Origin: Candidatus Omnitrophota bacterium
GTDB taxonomy: Bacteria; Omnitrophota; Gorgyraeia; Zapsychrales; Zapsychraceae
DNA: 64,000 nt
NCBI GenBank assembly: GCA_020632515.1
Contig: JACKFK010000005.1
Location: forward strand, 29,327-93,326
Direction of reading: 5' to 3'
Made by a program: the position numbers and the translations under genes. The notes under the pieces are model-generated. The model did not search any database. It saw only the letters and a list, made by a program, of their open reading frames with translations, and was not told where the DNA came from. Of the stretch, positions 19,066 through 27,989 are shown one piece after another (position 1 is the first letter of the stretch; each line of letters begins with the position of its first letter).

Positions 19066-21096
19066 ATGAAAATAAGTTTAAATTGGTTAAAAGATTATGT
19101 GTCATGTGGGAATTCTGCAGAAAAGATCGGCCATAAATTAACAATGGCAGGGCTGGAGGTAGAGAAAATTTCTTCTTATCTCAATGACAAGATTTTAGAA
19201 TTAGAGATTACCCCTAATCGAGCTGATTGTCTTAGTATGACGGGGATAGCAAGAGAGCTTTCCGCGATCTTAGATAAAAATTTTGATAGTCCTAAAATTA
19301 GAAAGTTTAATTTTCCAGTCAAAAGGAGTGATATAAAAATACAAGATAAAACCGGTTGCGGGTGTTATATCGGAACAGTCATAGAGGATATAAAAATTGA
19401 TGAGGCCCCTTTATGGATTAGAAAAAGATTAGAATCTTTGGGTTTAAAGAGTATTAATAACGTGGTTGATGTGACAAATTTTTGTTTAATGGAATTAGGC
19501 CAACCGTTGCACGCCTTTGATTACGACAAAGTTGCTGGTGGAAAAATTGTTGTCAGGAAAGCTAAAGATGGAGAAAAAATTGTTACATTAGATAATATAG
19601 AAAGAGTATTAGATTCTTCCATATTAGTTATCGCCGATGACCAGAAGCCTTTAGCAATTGCTGGGATCATGGGGGGCGTAGATTCTCAAGTAACAGCTCA
19701 AACGAAAAATGTTCTTTTAGAAAGCGCGTACTTTGATCCGGTTTTAATACGAAGAACGTCTAGAAAGCTTGGTATTACTACAGATTCTTCTTATCGATTT
19801 GAAAGAAGAGTTGATTATGAAAGAATTTCTATAGGGGCTCATCGGGCATTGGCGTTAATCCTTACGTGCGCTGGTGGAGTTATTACAAAATATCGAAAAG
19901 TTTCAACGGGGAGTTATAAAAAGAAAAAAATAAAAGTCATGGTTTCTAAAAATGATATTAACTCCTATTTGGGGGCAGAAATAAGCTTTGCGCAGATTAA
20001 GAAAATTTTAAAAAGATTAGATTTTGGGATTAGTGTTGAAAATAAGGAGACATTAAAAGTTTCCCCCCCATCTTTCAGGCCAGATATTGTAAGCAAAGTA
20101 GATATTATAGAAGAAGTTTCAAGAGTTATTGGATACGATAAGCTGCCTTTAAGTCTACCAAAAATACAAAGAGTTAACATTGAACCAAATAAACAACGAC
20201 AGCGTCGAAAAGAAACAGAAAAAGCCCTCTTGGCCCAAGGATTTTCGGAAATCATTACCTTTTCTATGACAGATCAAAATAAGTTGGAGATGTCAGAGAT
20301 TAATGCAACAAGCGGGATAAAAATAAAAAATCCTTTATCTTTGGATCAAGAGGTTATGCGATCTTCTTTATTGCCGAGCACATTGTCTGTTGTACAAACA
20401 AATTTAAATCGGGGAGAAAAAAAATTAAAATTTTATGAATTTGGAAAAATTTATACAGAGAATAAAGAACAGGATGTTTTAAGCCTTTTTCTTTGCGGAG
20501 AAACTCTTTTTGATTGGCGTTCGAAAGACAGAAAAATAGCGGAATTTTATGACCTAAAGGGATCTGTGGAGAATCTTTATTCGTCGTTGGGGATCACGAA
20601 TTTAGTATTTCAAGCCAAAGAAGAGCCTTTTTTTGAAAAAGGCCAGTCATGTTTTATATATCAAAATAAAACGAAAATTGGTAGTTTGGGGTTGTTAAAA
20701 GAAAATGTTCTTGCTAAATGGAATATCAAGGAAAGACAATGCTACTTTGCTCAAATGGATTTAGAAGTTATTTATCGAATTGAAAAAAATATAAAAAAAT
20801 TTCAACCAATCATCGGGTATCCTTCCATTGTACGAGATGTTAGTTTAGCCGTTAAGCAGGATGTTTCTTTTCAGGATATCAAAAATATTATTTATGAAAA
20901 TTGCGGAAGTCTTCTTTCAGACGTTAGATTTACAGAAGAGTACCTGGGAGATAAAATTGAATTTGGTTATCGAGGATTAGTCTTTTCATTAATATATCAG
21001 TCAGAGGAAAGAACTCTGAAAGAAGAAGAAATTAATGATGTTCATGAAAAGATTGTCCAAGAGTTGATACAGAAATTAGCTGTTATCCGTAGATAG
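19066..21096 (+). CDS. pheT: Phenylalanyl-tRNA synthetase beta subunit (short form, no N-terminal tRNA-binding domain)
   Basis: MKISLNWLKDY...; B3/4, B5 and C-terminal FDX-ACB-like regions. 676 aa. Confidence 0.92.
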   Translation: MKISLNWLKDYVSCGNSAEKIGHKLTMAGLEVEKISSYLNDKILELEITPNRADCLSMTGIARELSAILDKNFDSPKIRKFNFPVKRSDIKIQDKTGCGCYIGTVIEDIKIDEAPLWIRKRLESLGLKSINNVVDVTNFCLMELGQPLHAFDYDKVAGGKIVVRKAKDGEKIVTLDNIERVLDSSILVIADDQKPLAIAGIMGGVDSQVTAQTKNVLLESAYFDPVLIRRTSRKLGITTDSSYRFERRVDYERISIGAHRALALILTCAGGVITKYRKVSTGSYKKKKIKVMVSKNDINSYLGAEISFAQIKKILKRLDFGISVENKETLKVSPPSFRPDIVSKVDIIEEVSRVIGYDKLPLSLPKIQRVNIEPNKQRQRRKETEKALLAQGFSEIITFSMTDQNKLEMSEINATSGIKIKNPLSLDQEVMRSSLLPSTLSVVQTNLNRGEKKLKFYEFGKIYTENKEQDVLSLFLCGETLFDWRSKDRKIAEFYDLKGSVENLYSSLGITNLVFQAKEEPFFEKGQSCFIYQNKTKIGSLGLLKENVLAKWNIKERQCYFAQMDLEVIYRIEKNIKKFQPIIGYPSIVRDVSLAVKQDVSFQDIKNIIYENCGSLLSDVRFTEEYLGDKIEFGYRGLVFSLIYQSEERTLKEEEINDVHEKIVQELIQKLAVIRR

Positions 21097-21099
21097 TTT

Positions 21100-21258
21100 T
21101 AATATCCCTGCGGTGTTTGTTAGAGAGTTATTTAAAAGAACCTAGACTTATTAAAGGGACGCTATACTTTCTAATTGTCTGAGGATGATTAGAAGTGGTA
21201 CCCACGTTGTGGAGCGGTTCACCTTTAAGTTCTCTCGACGGCATATGCGGGGATATTA
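21100..21258 (+). ncRNA. ssrS: Structured RNA, 6S RNA-like (candidate ssrS)
   Basis: A 198-nt non-coding gap that folds by hand into a long interrupted rod.
- 21101-21111 AATATCCCTGC pairs with 21247-21257 GCGGGGATATT.
- AGAGAG (21122-21127) pairs with TCTCT (21231-21235), continued by G-U pairs.
- GAACC (21138-21142) pairs with GGTTC (21216-21220).
- The enclosed open region has an apical hairpin TTCTAAT/ATTAGAA (21169-21194) and a small 3'-side hairpin CCAC-GTT-GTGG.
The 5' UCCCUGCGGUGUUUG and 3' UUCACCUU...CGGCAUAUGCGGGGAU resemble my recollection of enterobacterial 6S ends. A 5-formyl-THF cyclo-ligase gene lies nearby, as ygfA does next to E. coli ssrS. Confidence 0.5.
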
Positions 21259-21300
21259 TAAAAATATTAAACTCCATTAATTATCCGCAAGAATGTGATA

Positions 21301-22644
21301 ATGAAAATAGACTCATCCGCAGATCAGAACACCCTTTTTACAGCCGTCAATAAAGATATAGATTATAAAAATACACCATTAAGCGCGCGAATGCGTCCGC
21401 AATCATTTGAAGAATATGTTGGTCAATCTCATATATTAGGAGAAGGGTTGCTGCTAAAGCGGGCGGTTGAGGCTGATCGATTAAGTTCATTAATTTTATA
21501 TGGCCCCCCGGGCATCGGAAAAACAACGTTAGCAAATTGTATTAGTAAAAAAACGAAGGCGGTTTTCGAACAAGTCAATGCGGTTTCTTCTAATGTGGAG
21601 CAGTTAAGAAAAATTCTTTTAACAGCGAAAAATCGACGGGAGATGTCACAAAAGAAAACGATTTTATTTATTGATGAAATTCACCGTTTTAACAAGGCGC
21701 AGCAAGATGTTTTGATGCCGGATATTGAAAATGGGAACATTGTATTAATAGGCGCGACTGTTTTAAATCCGTTTTTTTCTCTAATTAGCCCATTGATTTC
21801 AAGATCGCTCATTTTTGAATTAAAACCTTTATTGAAAGAAGATATTTTTTGTATTTTAAAGAAGGCTGTTAATGATAAAGAAAGAGGTTTAGGGGGCCTT
21901 TCAATTAATGCACAGGAAGATGCCTTATATTTTTTGGCTGAAATTTCGGATGGCGACGCCCGACGGGCGTTAAATGCTTTAGAAATAGGATGTTTGACAA
22001 CTCCTAAAAACGCTCAAGGTGAAATTATTTTTGATTTAACAGTTGCTCAAGAATCTATTCAGAAACGACAGGTTGTTTATGACTCTGATGGCGACCAACA
22101 TTACGATACAATTTCTGCTTTTATTAAATCAATGCGAGGTTCTGATCCAGATGCTTCTTTATATTGGCTTGCCAAAATGATTTATGCGGGGGAAGATCCT
22201 CGTTTTATCGCGCGTAGAATTTGTATTTGCGCGGCAGAAGATGTTGGCAATGCTGATCCGCAGGCGTTGTTGTTGGCCAATGCAGCTTTACAAGTAGCAG
22301 AATTTGTTGGTTTTCCAGAGGCAAGAATACCATTAGCTCAGGCGGCTGTTTATATAGCGAGTTGCGAAAAGTCAAATGCTGTTTATTTAGGGATTGAAAA
22401 AGCACTAAAGGACGTAAAAGAAAAACGCGTACAGGCTGTTCCGGGGCATTTAAAAGACGCCTCCTATAAAGGTGCAAAACAATTGAATAGAGGAAAAGAA
22501 TATAAATACGCACATAATTATGAAAATCATTACGTTGATCAAGAATATTTGCCAATTAAAGCAAAATATTATATCCCTTCCTCGCAGGGCGTAGAAAAAC
22601 GGTTAAAAGAGCTGATGGAAAAAAGACAAAATAAAGGGGAATAA
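21301..22644 (+). CDS. rarA: Replication-associated recombination protein RarA/MgsA (AAA+ ATPase)
   Basis: Walker A GPPGIGKTTLA, Walker B FIDEIHRFNK, and a MgsA C-terminal domain (HYD.ISAF.KS.RGSDPDA..YWLA.M...GEDP.FI.RR). Confidence 0.92.
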   Translation: MKIDSSADQNTLFTAVNKDIDYKNTPLSARMRPQSFEEYVGQSHILGEGLLLKRAVEADRLSSLILYGPPGIGKTTLANCISKKTKAVFEQVNAVSSNVEQLRKILLTAKNRREMSQKKTILFIDEIHRFNKAQQDVLMPDIENGNIVLIGATVLNPFFSLISPLISRSLIFELKPLLKEDIFCILKKAVNDKERGLGGLSINAQEDALYFLAEISDGDARRALNALEIGCLTTPKNAQGEIIFDLTVAQESIQKRQVVYDSDGDQHYDTISAFIKSMRGSDPDASLYWLAKMIYAGEDPRFIARRICICAAEDVGNADPQALLLANAALQVAEFVGFPEARIPLAQAAVYIASCEKSNAVYLGIEKALKDVKEKRVQAVPGHLKDASYKGAKQLNRGKEYKYAHNYENHYVDQEYLPIKAKYYIPSSQGVEKRLKELMEKRQNKGE

Positions 22645-22772
22645 ATACATAACACAATGATATTATTAAAGATATGATTTTTTTTCAGAAACAATTTTGG
22701 AGTTGTATAATTTAGCTAAAGATGGTAATATATCTCCGTTTACAATATTAGAGAAAATGCAATTAATAATTT

Positions 22773-23351
22773 GTGGTTAATAAATTAGTGGATAATAACG
22801 CGAAAGAAGAATTAAGACAAAAGGTTTATAATTTACTTAGAAAGCAAAAGGAGGAAGAGCGATTAGCCAAAAGCTTGATAATTCAATCTAAGCTTTTTAA
22901 TATGCTTGAGTTTCAAAAAGCAAAAGTGATTTTATTTTATGTTTCTTTTGATGGAGAGGTTAATACATTAGAGATGATTAAGTTAGCACAAGAAATGGGG
23001 AAAAAAATTGGGGTTCCACGAATTGATCAGAAAAATAAAAGAATTATACCCACATTGTTAGAGCAATCCATAGAAAAACTGTCAAAAGGCTCTTATGGCA
23101 TTAAACAGCCTACGAAAGATCAAGGGGAACCCCTTGAACATCATGAGCTTTCGTTAGTTGTTGTTCCTGGGGTGGCCTTTGATAAAAAAAATAACCGCTT
23201 AGGGCGTGGCGGAGGTTATTATGACCGTTTTTTAAATGAATTGCCTTCTAATATTCCCACTTTTGGCTTGGCTTTTGATTTTCAACTAATGGAAAACCTT
23301 CCTAGTATTCAAAAACATGATAAACCTGTTTCAGCGGTAATCACAGACTAA
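22773..23351 (+). CDS. 5-formyltetrahydrofolate cyclo-ligase
   Basis: 192 aa. C-terminal motifs VVPGVAFDKKNNRLGRGGGYYDRFL are typical of the family. The start codon is uncertain (GTG 22773 or GTG 22788). Confidence 0.85.
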   Translation: MVNKLVDNNAKEELRQKVYNLLRKQKEEERLAKSLIIQSKLFNMLEFQKAKVILFYVSFDGEVNTLEMIKLAQEMGKKIGVPRIDQKNKRIIPTLLEQSIEKLSKGSYGIKQPTKDQGEPLEHHELSLVVVPGVAFDKKNNRLGRGGGYYDRFLNELPSNIPTFGLAFDFQLMENLPSIQKHDKPVSAVITD

Positions 23352-23498
23352 TCGTTTTTTTCTTACCAAGTAAGTTTTTCTTTTCGTTGTTCCTATCATC
23401 TAATTTAAATTGGAATGCATTTTTAAAAAATGTATTCAGAAAAATTTTTAGACAATTAATTATAGGAATAGTTTAATTTTTTAGAGAGGAGTACATCC

Positions 23499-25076
23499 AT
23501 GAATGAAGGTATGGATATATATGTTCAAAGCATTATTTTTTCTTTTTTTGCTATTTTATTAGTTTTGGCGGGATATCTTTTAAGATGGTTTTTTGCAGGT
23601 AAAAAACTGCGCGAAGCCGAGGAGCATGCTAAAAAGCTACTCAAAGATGCGAGTTCAGAGGCAGAAACAAGGAAAAAAGAAGTCGAATTATATGGAAAAG
23701 AACTTGTTATTAAAATGCGGCAAGATTTTGAAAAGGAGACTAAAGAACGCAGAGAAGAAGTCTCTGCTATTGAAAAAAGATTGGTTCAAAAAGAAGAAAA
23801 TTTAGATAAGAGGGTTGATTTATTAGAAAAAAAAGAAAAAGACATTAATAGCAGGCTAACCGCGTTGCAAGAAAATGAGAAAAAAATTGTCGATGCTTCT
23901 GAAGAATTGAAGAAGTTGATAGATGAAGAAAAAATTCGGTTACAAAAAATTTCTTCATTAACTCAGGAAGAAGCCAAAAATTTATTGTTAAAAAGATTAG
24001 ATGATGAATTGGTTCATGAAAAGGCTATTCGGATTAGAACCATGGAAGAGGAAATAAAAGATACTGCGGAGAAGAAGTCTAGAAATATAATTAGTGCCGC
24101 GATTCAACGATGTTCATCGGAACATACGGCAGCTACAACTGTGACGGTTGTTATGCTCCCTAATGATGAAATGAAAGGGCGTATTATTGGGAGAGAAGGT
24201 CGAAACATTAGAGCTTTGGAGGCGGCTGCAGGAGTTGATATTATTATTGATGATACTCCTGAGGCTGTAACAATTTCAGGTTTTGATATTTATCGTAGAG
24301 AAATTGCAAAAATAGCGTTACAGAAGTTAATTGAAGATGGAAGAATTCATCCTGGACGGATTGAAGAAGTTGTTGAAAAGGCTAAAAAAGAAATGGAAGT
24401 GATTATTAAAGAAGAAGGAGAAAAGGTTGCCTTTGATTTGGCTATTCATGGAATGCATCCGGAACTTTTGAAATTAGTTGGGAAATTAAAATTTCGGACA
24501 AGTTATGGACAAAACGGGCTTCAGCATACGAAGGAAGTTGCGATGCTTATCGGGTCTATGGCCTCGCAGTTAGGATTGGATCCAAAAGTTGCGATGAGAG
24601 CGGGTCTTCTTCATGATATTGGAAAGGTTGTTAGTCAGGACGTTGAAGAGGGAACCCATGCTATTGTCGGCGGGAATTTAGCGCGAAAGTATGGAGAATC
24701 AGAAGACGTTGCGAACGCCGTTGAGTCTCATCACGAAGAAGTTGAAAAAGCTTCTCTTTATGGCGCGTTAGTTTGTGCTGCGGATGCTATCAGTGCTGCC
24801 AGGCCAGGGGCCAGAGCAGAAACATTGGAAACATATGTCAAACGATTAGAAAACTTAGAACGCATAGCCAGTTCTTTTAAGGGAATTACAAAGTCTTATG
24901 CGTTACAAGCCGGACGAGAAATTAGGATTATCGTTGATCCGGACAAAATTAACGATGACGAAGCGGTTGTTTTGGCACGAGATATAAGAAAGAAAATAGA
25001 AGAAGAAATGGAATATCCCGGACAGATAAAAGTTATTGTTTTGAGGGAAAAAAGAGCTGTGGAGTATGCAAAATAA
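23499..25076 (+). CDS. rny: Ribonuclease Y
   Basis: N-terminal TM, long coiled coil, KH (GRIIGREGRNIRALE) and HD (LLHDIGK) domains. 525 aa. Confidence 0.95.
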   Translation: MNEGMDIYVQSIIFSFFAILLVLAGYLLRWFFAGKKLREAEEHAKKLLKDASSEAETRKKEVELYGKELVIKMRQDFEKETKERREEVSAIEKRLVQKEENLDKRVDLLEKKEKDINSRLTALQENEKKIVDASEELKKLIDEEKIRLQKISSLTQEEAKNLLLKRLDDELVHEKAIRIRTMEEEIKDTAEKKSRNIISAAIQRCSSEHTAATTVTVVMLPNDEMKGRIIGREGRNIRALEAAAGVDIIIDDTPEAVTISGFDIYRREIAKIALQKLIEDGRIHPGRIEEVVEKAKKEMEVIIKEEGEKVAFDLAIHGMHPELLKLVGKLKFRTSYGQNGLQHTKEVAMLIGSMASQLGLDPKVAMRAGLLHDIGKVVSQDVEEGTHAIVGGNLARKYGESEDVANAVESHHEEVEKASLYGALVCAADAISAARPGARAETLETYVKRLENLERIASSFKGITKSYALQAGREIRIIVDPDKINDDEAVVLARDIRKKIEEEMEYPGQIKVIVLREKRAVEYAK

Positions 25077-25078
25077 TA

Positions 25079-25885
25079 ATGAATATTTTGTGTATAGGAG
25101 ATATCGTTGGTAAGCCGGGTCGTCAGGCCATAGAAGGGGTATTAGGAAATATCAGAAAAGAATATGATATCGATTTCGTTATTGCCAATGGAGAAAATTC
25201 CGCCGGAGGATCAGGTTTAACTTCTAGAATGTCCAGGTTTCTATGGAAAATGGGATGCGATGTTATCACTTTGGGTGATCATGTCTGGGATCAAAAAGAA
25301 TTAGAGGGGTTTTTAGATAAAACAGATCGTGTTATAAGACCTGCTAATTTTCCTGAAGGGGCTCCTGGAAAAGGATGGGGTATTTATCAATGTTCAGGAG
25401 GTTTGAAAGTAGGTGTTATTAATTTGTTAGGCCGCGTATTTATGCGGTATCATGTTAATTGTCCGTTTCGAGAATTGCAGAAAATTGTGGATCAAATAAG
25501 AAAAGAGACGTCCGTTATTGTTGTTGATTTTCATGCTGAAACAACGAGTGAAAAGGTCGCCTTAGGGTATTTTGCTAATGGAAAAGTCTCTGCTGTTTTC
25601 GGTACCCATACGCATATTCCAACGGCAGATGAAAGAATTTTGTCTGAGGGGACAGCGTATATAACAGATGTAGGAATGACAGGGCCATATGATTCGGTGA
25701 TAGGTCAAAATAAAGAAAATATTATTGCACGTTTTTTAACAAGTATGCCTAAAAAATTTAGTGTTGCGGTGGGAGAAATTAGTGTAAATGGGATTATTGT
25801 AAAAATTGATGAAAAAACGGGAAAGGCTTTAACGATATCCCGATTGCGAAAAGAGTGGGTAGAAAATAAAAAACAAAAAGATTAA
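25079..25885 (+). CDS. ymdB: YmdB-family metallophosphoesterase
   Basis: GDIVGKPGR, NGENSAGG and DFHAETTSEK motifs. Immediately downstream of rny, as in Bacillus. Confidence 0.88.
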   Translation: MNILCIGDIVGKPGRQAIEGVLGNIRKEYDIDFVIANGENSAGGSGLTSRMSRFLWKMGCDVITLGDHVWDQKELEGFLDKTDRVIRPANFPEGAPGKGWGIYQCSGGLKVGVINLLGRVFMRYHVNCPFRELQKIVDQIRKETSVIVVDFHAETTSEKVALGYFANGKVSAVFGTHTHIPTADERILSEGTAYITDVGMTGPYDSVIGQNKENIIARFLTSMPKKFSVAVGEISVNGIIVKIDEKTGKALTISRLRKEWVENKKQKD

Positions 25886-25987
25886 TTTAGAAGTAGTTTT
25901 ATACAATTTGCCTTGTGAGGGGTAAACCCATATATTATAATCGTTGCAGAAATGAAGGCATCAAAGGTAAATTAAAAGGAGGCATGC

Positions 25988-26383
25988 ATGGGAAAATGGG
26001 ATGGTTTAGATAGAAGAAAATTTCCTAGAGTAAATTATCCTTGTTTAGTAGTGTTGCGAAACAATGATTCGATGGAAAAAGAGGTTCTTCTCACCCACAC
26101 GGAAAATGTTGGGATGGGAGGCATTTGTGTTACATTAAAAAAGAATTTAAAAATGTTCACGCCGGTAGAACTAGAAGTAGATTTGTTGGATTTAAGTGAT
26201 CACATAAAGTGTAATGGGAAGGTTGTTTGGAATGTTCAGAGAAAAATAAATGAGAGAAAAAAACCATTATTTTATGATATTGGCATTGAATTTGTTGATA
26301 TTGATAAAAAAGAGCTGAATAGGTTGGAAGATATTATTACCCGTCTTGTAAAAAATAAAGCGGAAATAGGAAATCCTCATTAA
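25988..26383 (+). CDS. PilZ domain protein (putative c-di-GMP receptor)
   Basis: 131 aa. RRKFPR (RxxxR) followed about 30 residues later by NVGMGG (variant of D/NxSxxG). Confidence 0.7.
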   Translation: MGKWDGLDRRKFPRVNYPCLVVLRNNDSMEKEVLLTHTENVGMGGICVTLKKNLKMFTPVELEVDLLDLSDHIKCNGKVVWNVQRKINERKKPLFYDIGIEFVDIDKKELNRLEDIITRLVKNKAEIGNPH

Positions 26384-26490
26384 AATCTTCGATTTAAAAA
26401 ACTATACTATCTTCTTTTTAAGATTATTTTAATTATACGGTTTTCCGGAGAGAGTAAATTCATAAAGAATAGAATGCAAACGGAGTTCAT

Positions 26491-27762
26491 ATGGTAAAAG
26501 TAAGATTTGCGCCAAGTCCAACGGGGTTTTTGCATATTGGAGGGGCGCGGACAGCGTTATTTAATTTAATGTATGCGAAGGCGCAAAAGGGAATCTTTGT
26601 TCTTCGTGTGGAAGATACAGATCTTCAACGATCTAAAAAAGAGTATGTTGATGAGATTTTGGATAGTATGAAATGGTTGGGTCTTGATTGGGATGAGCTT
26701 TATTATCAAAGCGAACGATTTGATATTTATCGTGAATACGCACAAAAGCTATTAGAAGAAGGAAAGGCCTATAAAGACGGCGAGGCGATTATTTTAAAAA
26801 TGTTGCCGCAACAAGTTAAAATCTTTGACCTCATCCGCGGAGAAATTCAATTCGATACGGAAACGATTAAAGACCAAGTGTTAATGAAATCTGACGGATC
26901 TCCAACTTATAGTTTTGCGTGTGTTGTGGACGATGCCGCTATGGAAATTAGCTGCGTTATCCGTGGAGAAGATCATATTTCTAATACGCCGAAACAGATT
27001 ATGATATATCAAGCGTTGGGACTAAAACCGCCTAAATATGCCCACTTGCCGTTAATTATGGGAGAAGATGGAACACGTCTTTCAAAACGAAATGGAGCTG
27101 TAGCTGTTAGTGATTATCGACAACAAGGATTTTTACCGGAAGCCTTGATTAATTATTTAATGTTGTTGGGATGGTCTCCCGGGAACAATAAAGAAATCGT
27201 TTCTTTTTCCACGGCGGTAAAGAATTTTTCTATTAAAAAAGTTAATAAAGCCGCGGCAATTTTTTCAATGAATAAATTAAAGTGGATTAATGGTCAATAT
27301 ATAAAACAAGCCGATGAGGAAACCTTGATTGATTTGTTGATCCCTTTTTTGCGGGCGAAGGGATATATAAAAGAGAATTTTGATAGGAACTATTTAAAAA
27401 ATGTTGTACACTTATTCAAAGGTCGGTTGTCAACGCTTTTAGACTTCTTGGAATGGACAGACTATATTTTTAAGGATCAAATAGATATTGATGCTGAGCT
27501 TAAAGAGAAATATCTATCGGAAGATCGAAAAGGTTCGTTGAAGGAGTTGGGGCAAAAATTTAAAAAAGTAGATGTCTTTAATGCTGTAAATATTGAAACA
27601 GCATTTAAAGAAGTTGTTGCGTTTTTAAATTTGCAATCGTCGGATTTGGTACATCCTTTGCGGGTAGCCGTTACGGGTCGGGCTGTAGGCCCGGGCCTTT
27701 TTGAAGCAATAGAAGTTTTGGGCAAGCAAAAAACATTGGAACGCCTCGAAAAAAACTTTTAA
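26491..27762 (+). CDS. gltX: Glutamyl-tRNA synthetase (short form)
   Basis: RFAPSPTGFLHIGGARTA (HIGH) and RLSKRNG (KMSKS). Confidence 0.93.
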   Translation: MVKVRFAPSPTGFLHIGGARTALFNLMYAKAQKGIFVLRVEDTDLQRSKKEYVDEILDSMKWLGLDWDELYYQSERFDIYREYAQKLLEEGKAYKDGEAIILKMLPQQVKIFDLIRGEIQFDTETIKDQVLMKSDGSPTYSFACVVDDAAMEISCVIRGEDHISNTPKQIMIYQALGLKPPKYAHLPLIMGEDGTRLSKRNGAVAVSDYRQQGFLPEALINYLMLLGWSPGNNKEIVSFSTAVKNFSIKKVNKAAAIFSMNKLKWINGQYIKQADEETLIDLLIPFLRAKGYIKENFDRNYLKNVVHLFKGRLSTLLDFLEWTDYIFKDQIDIDAELKEKYLSEDRKGSLKELGQKFKKVDVFNAVNIETAFKEVVAFLNLQSSDLVHPLRVAVTGRAVGPGLFEAIEVLGKQKTLERLEKNF

Positions 27763-27816
27763 AAGAAATCGATTTTTTACTGAAGATATCCTAGAATAAA
27801 TTCAGGAGGAATTTAA

Positions 27817-27966
27817 ATGAATCCAAAATGGCTTTTCGCTATTGTAATTATTCTAACAATCTTTTTACATGGATGTGAAACTGCCAAAGGAGCAGCCCAG
27901 GGTTTTCAAAAAGATTGGGAAGACGCGAAAGAGGCCGACAAGTGGATTCAAGAACATTTATGGTAA
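27817..27966 (+). CDS. Small lipoprotein (entericidin-like size and architecture)
   Basis: Not in the ORF track (49 aa). ATG follows the SD CAGGAGGA. Hand translation: MNPKWLFAIVIILTIFLHGCETAKGAAQGFQKDWEDAKEADKWIQEHLW. It has a signal peptide with lipobox LHGC. Confidence 0.6.
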   Translation: MNPKWLFAIVIILTIFLHGCETAKGAAQGFQKDWEDAKEADKWIQEHLW

Positions 27967-27989
27967 TCTTCCTGTGAAGTAATCTCGTT

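Noticed and set aside
23413-23437. An AT-rich near-palindrome GAATGCATTTTT/AAAAATGTATTC upstream of rny.
   Set aside because: It is almost pure A/T with essentially no loop. Such palindromes are expected by chance in this composition, and no supporting signal was seen.
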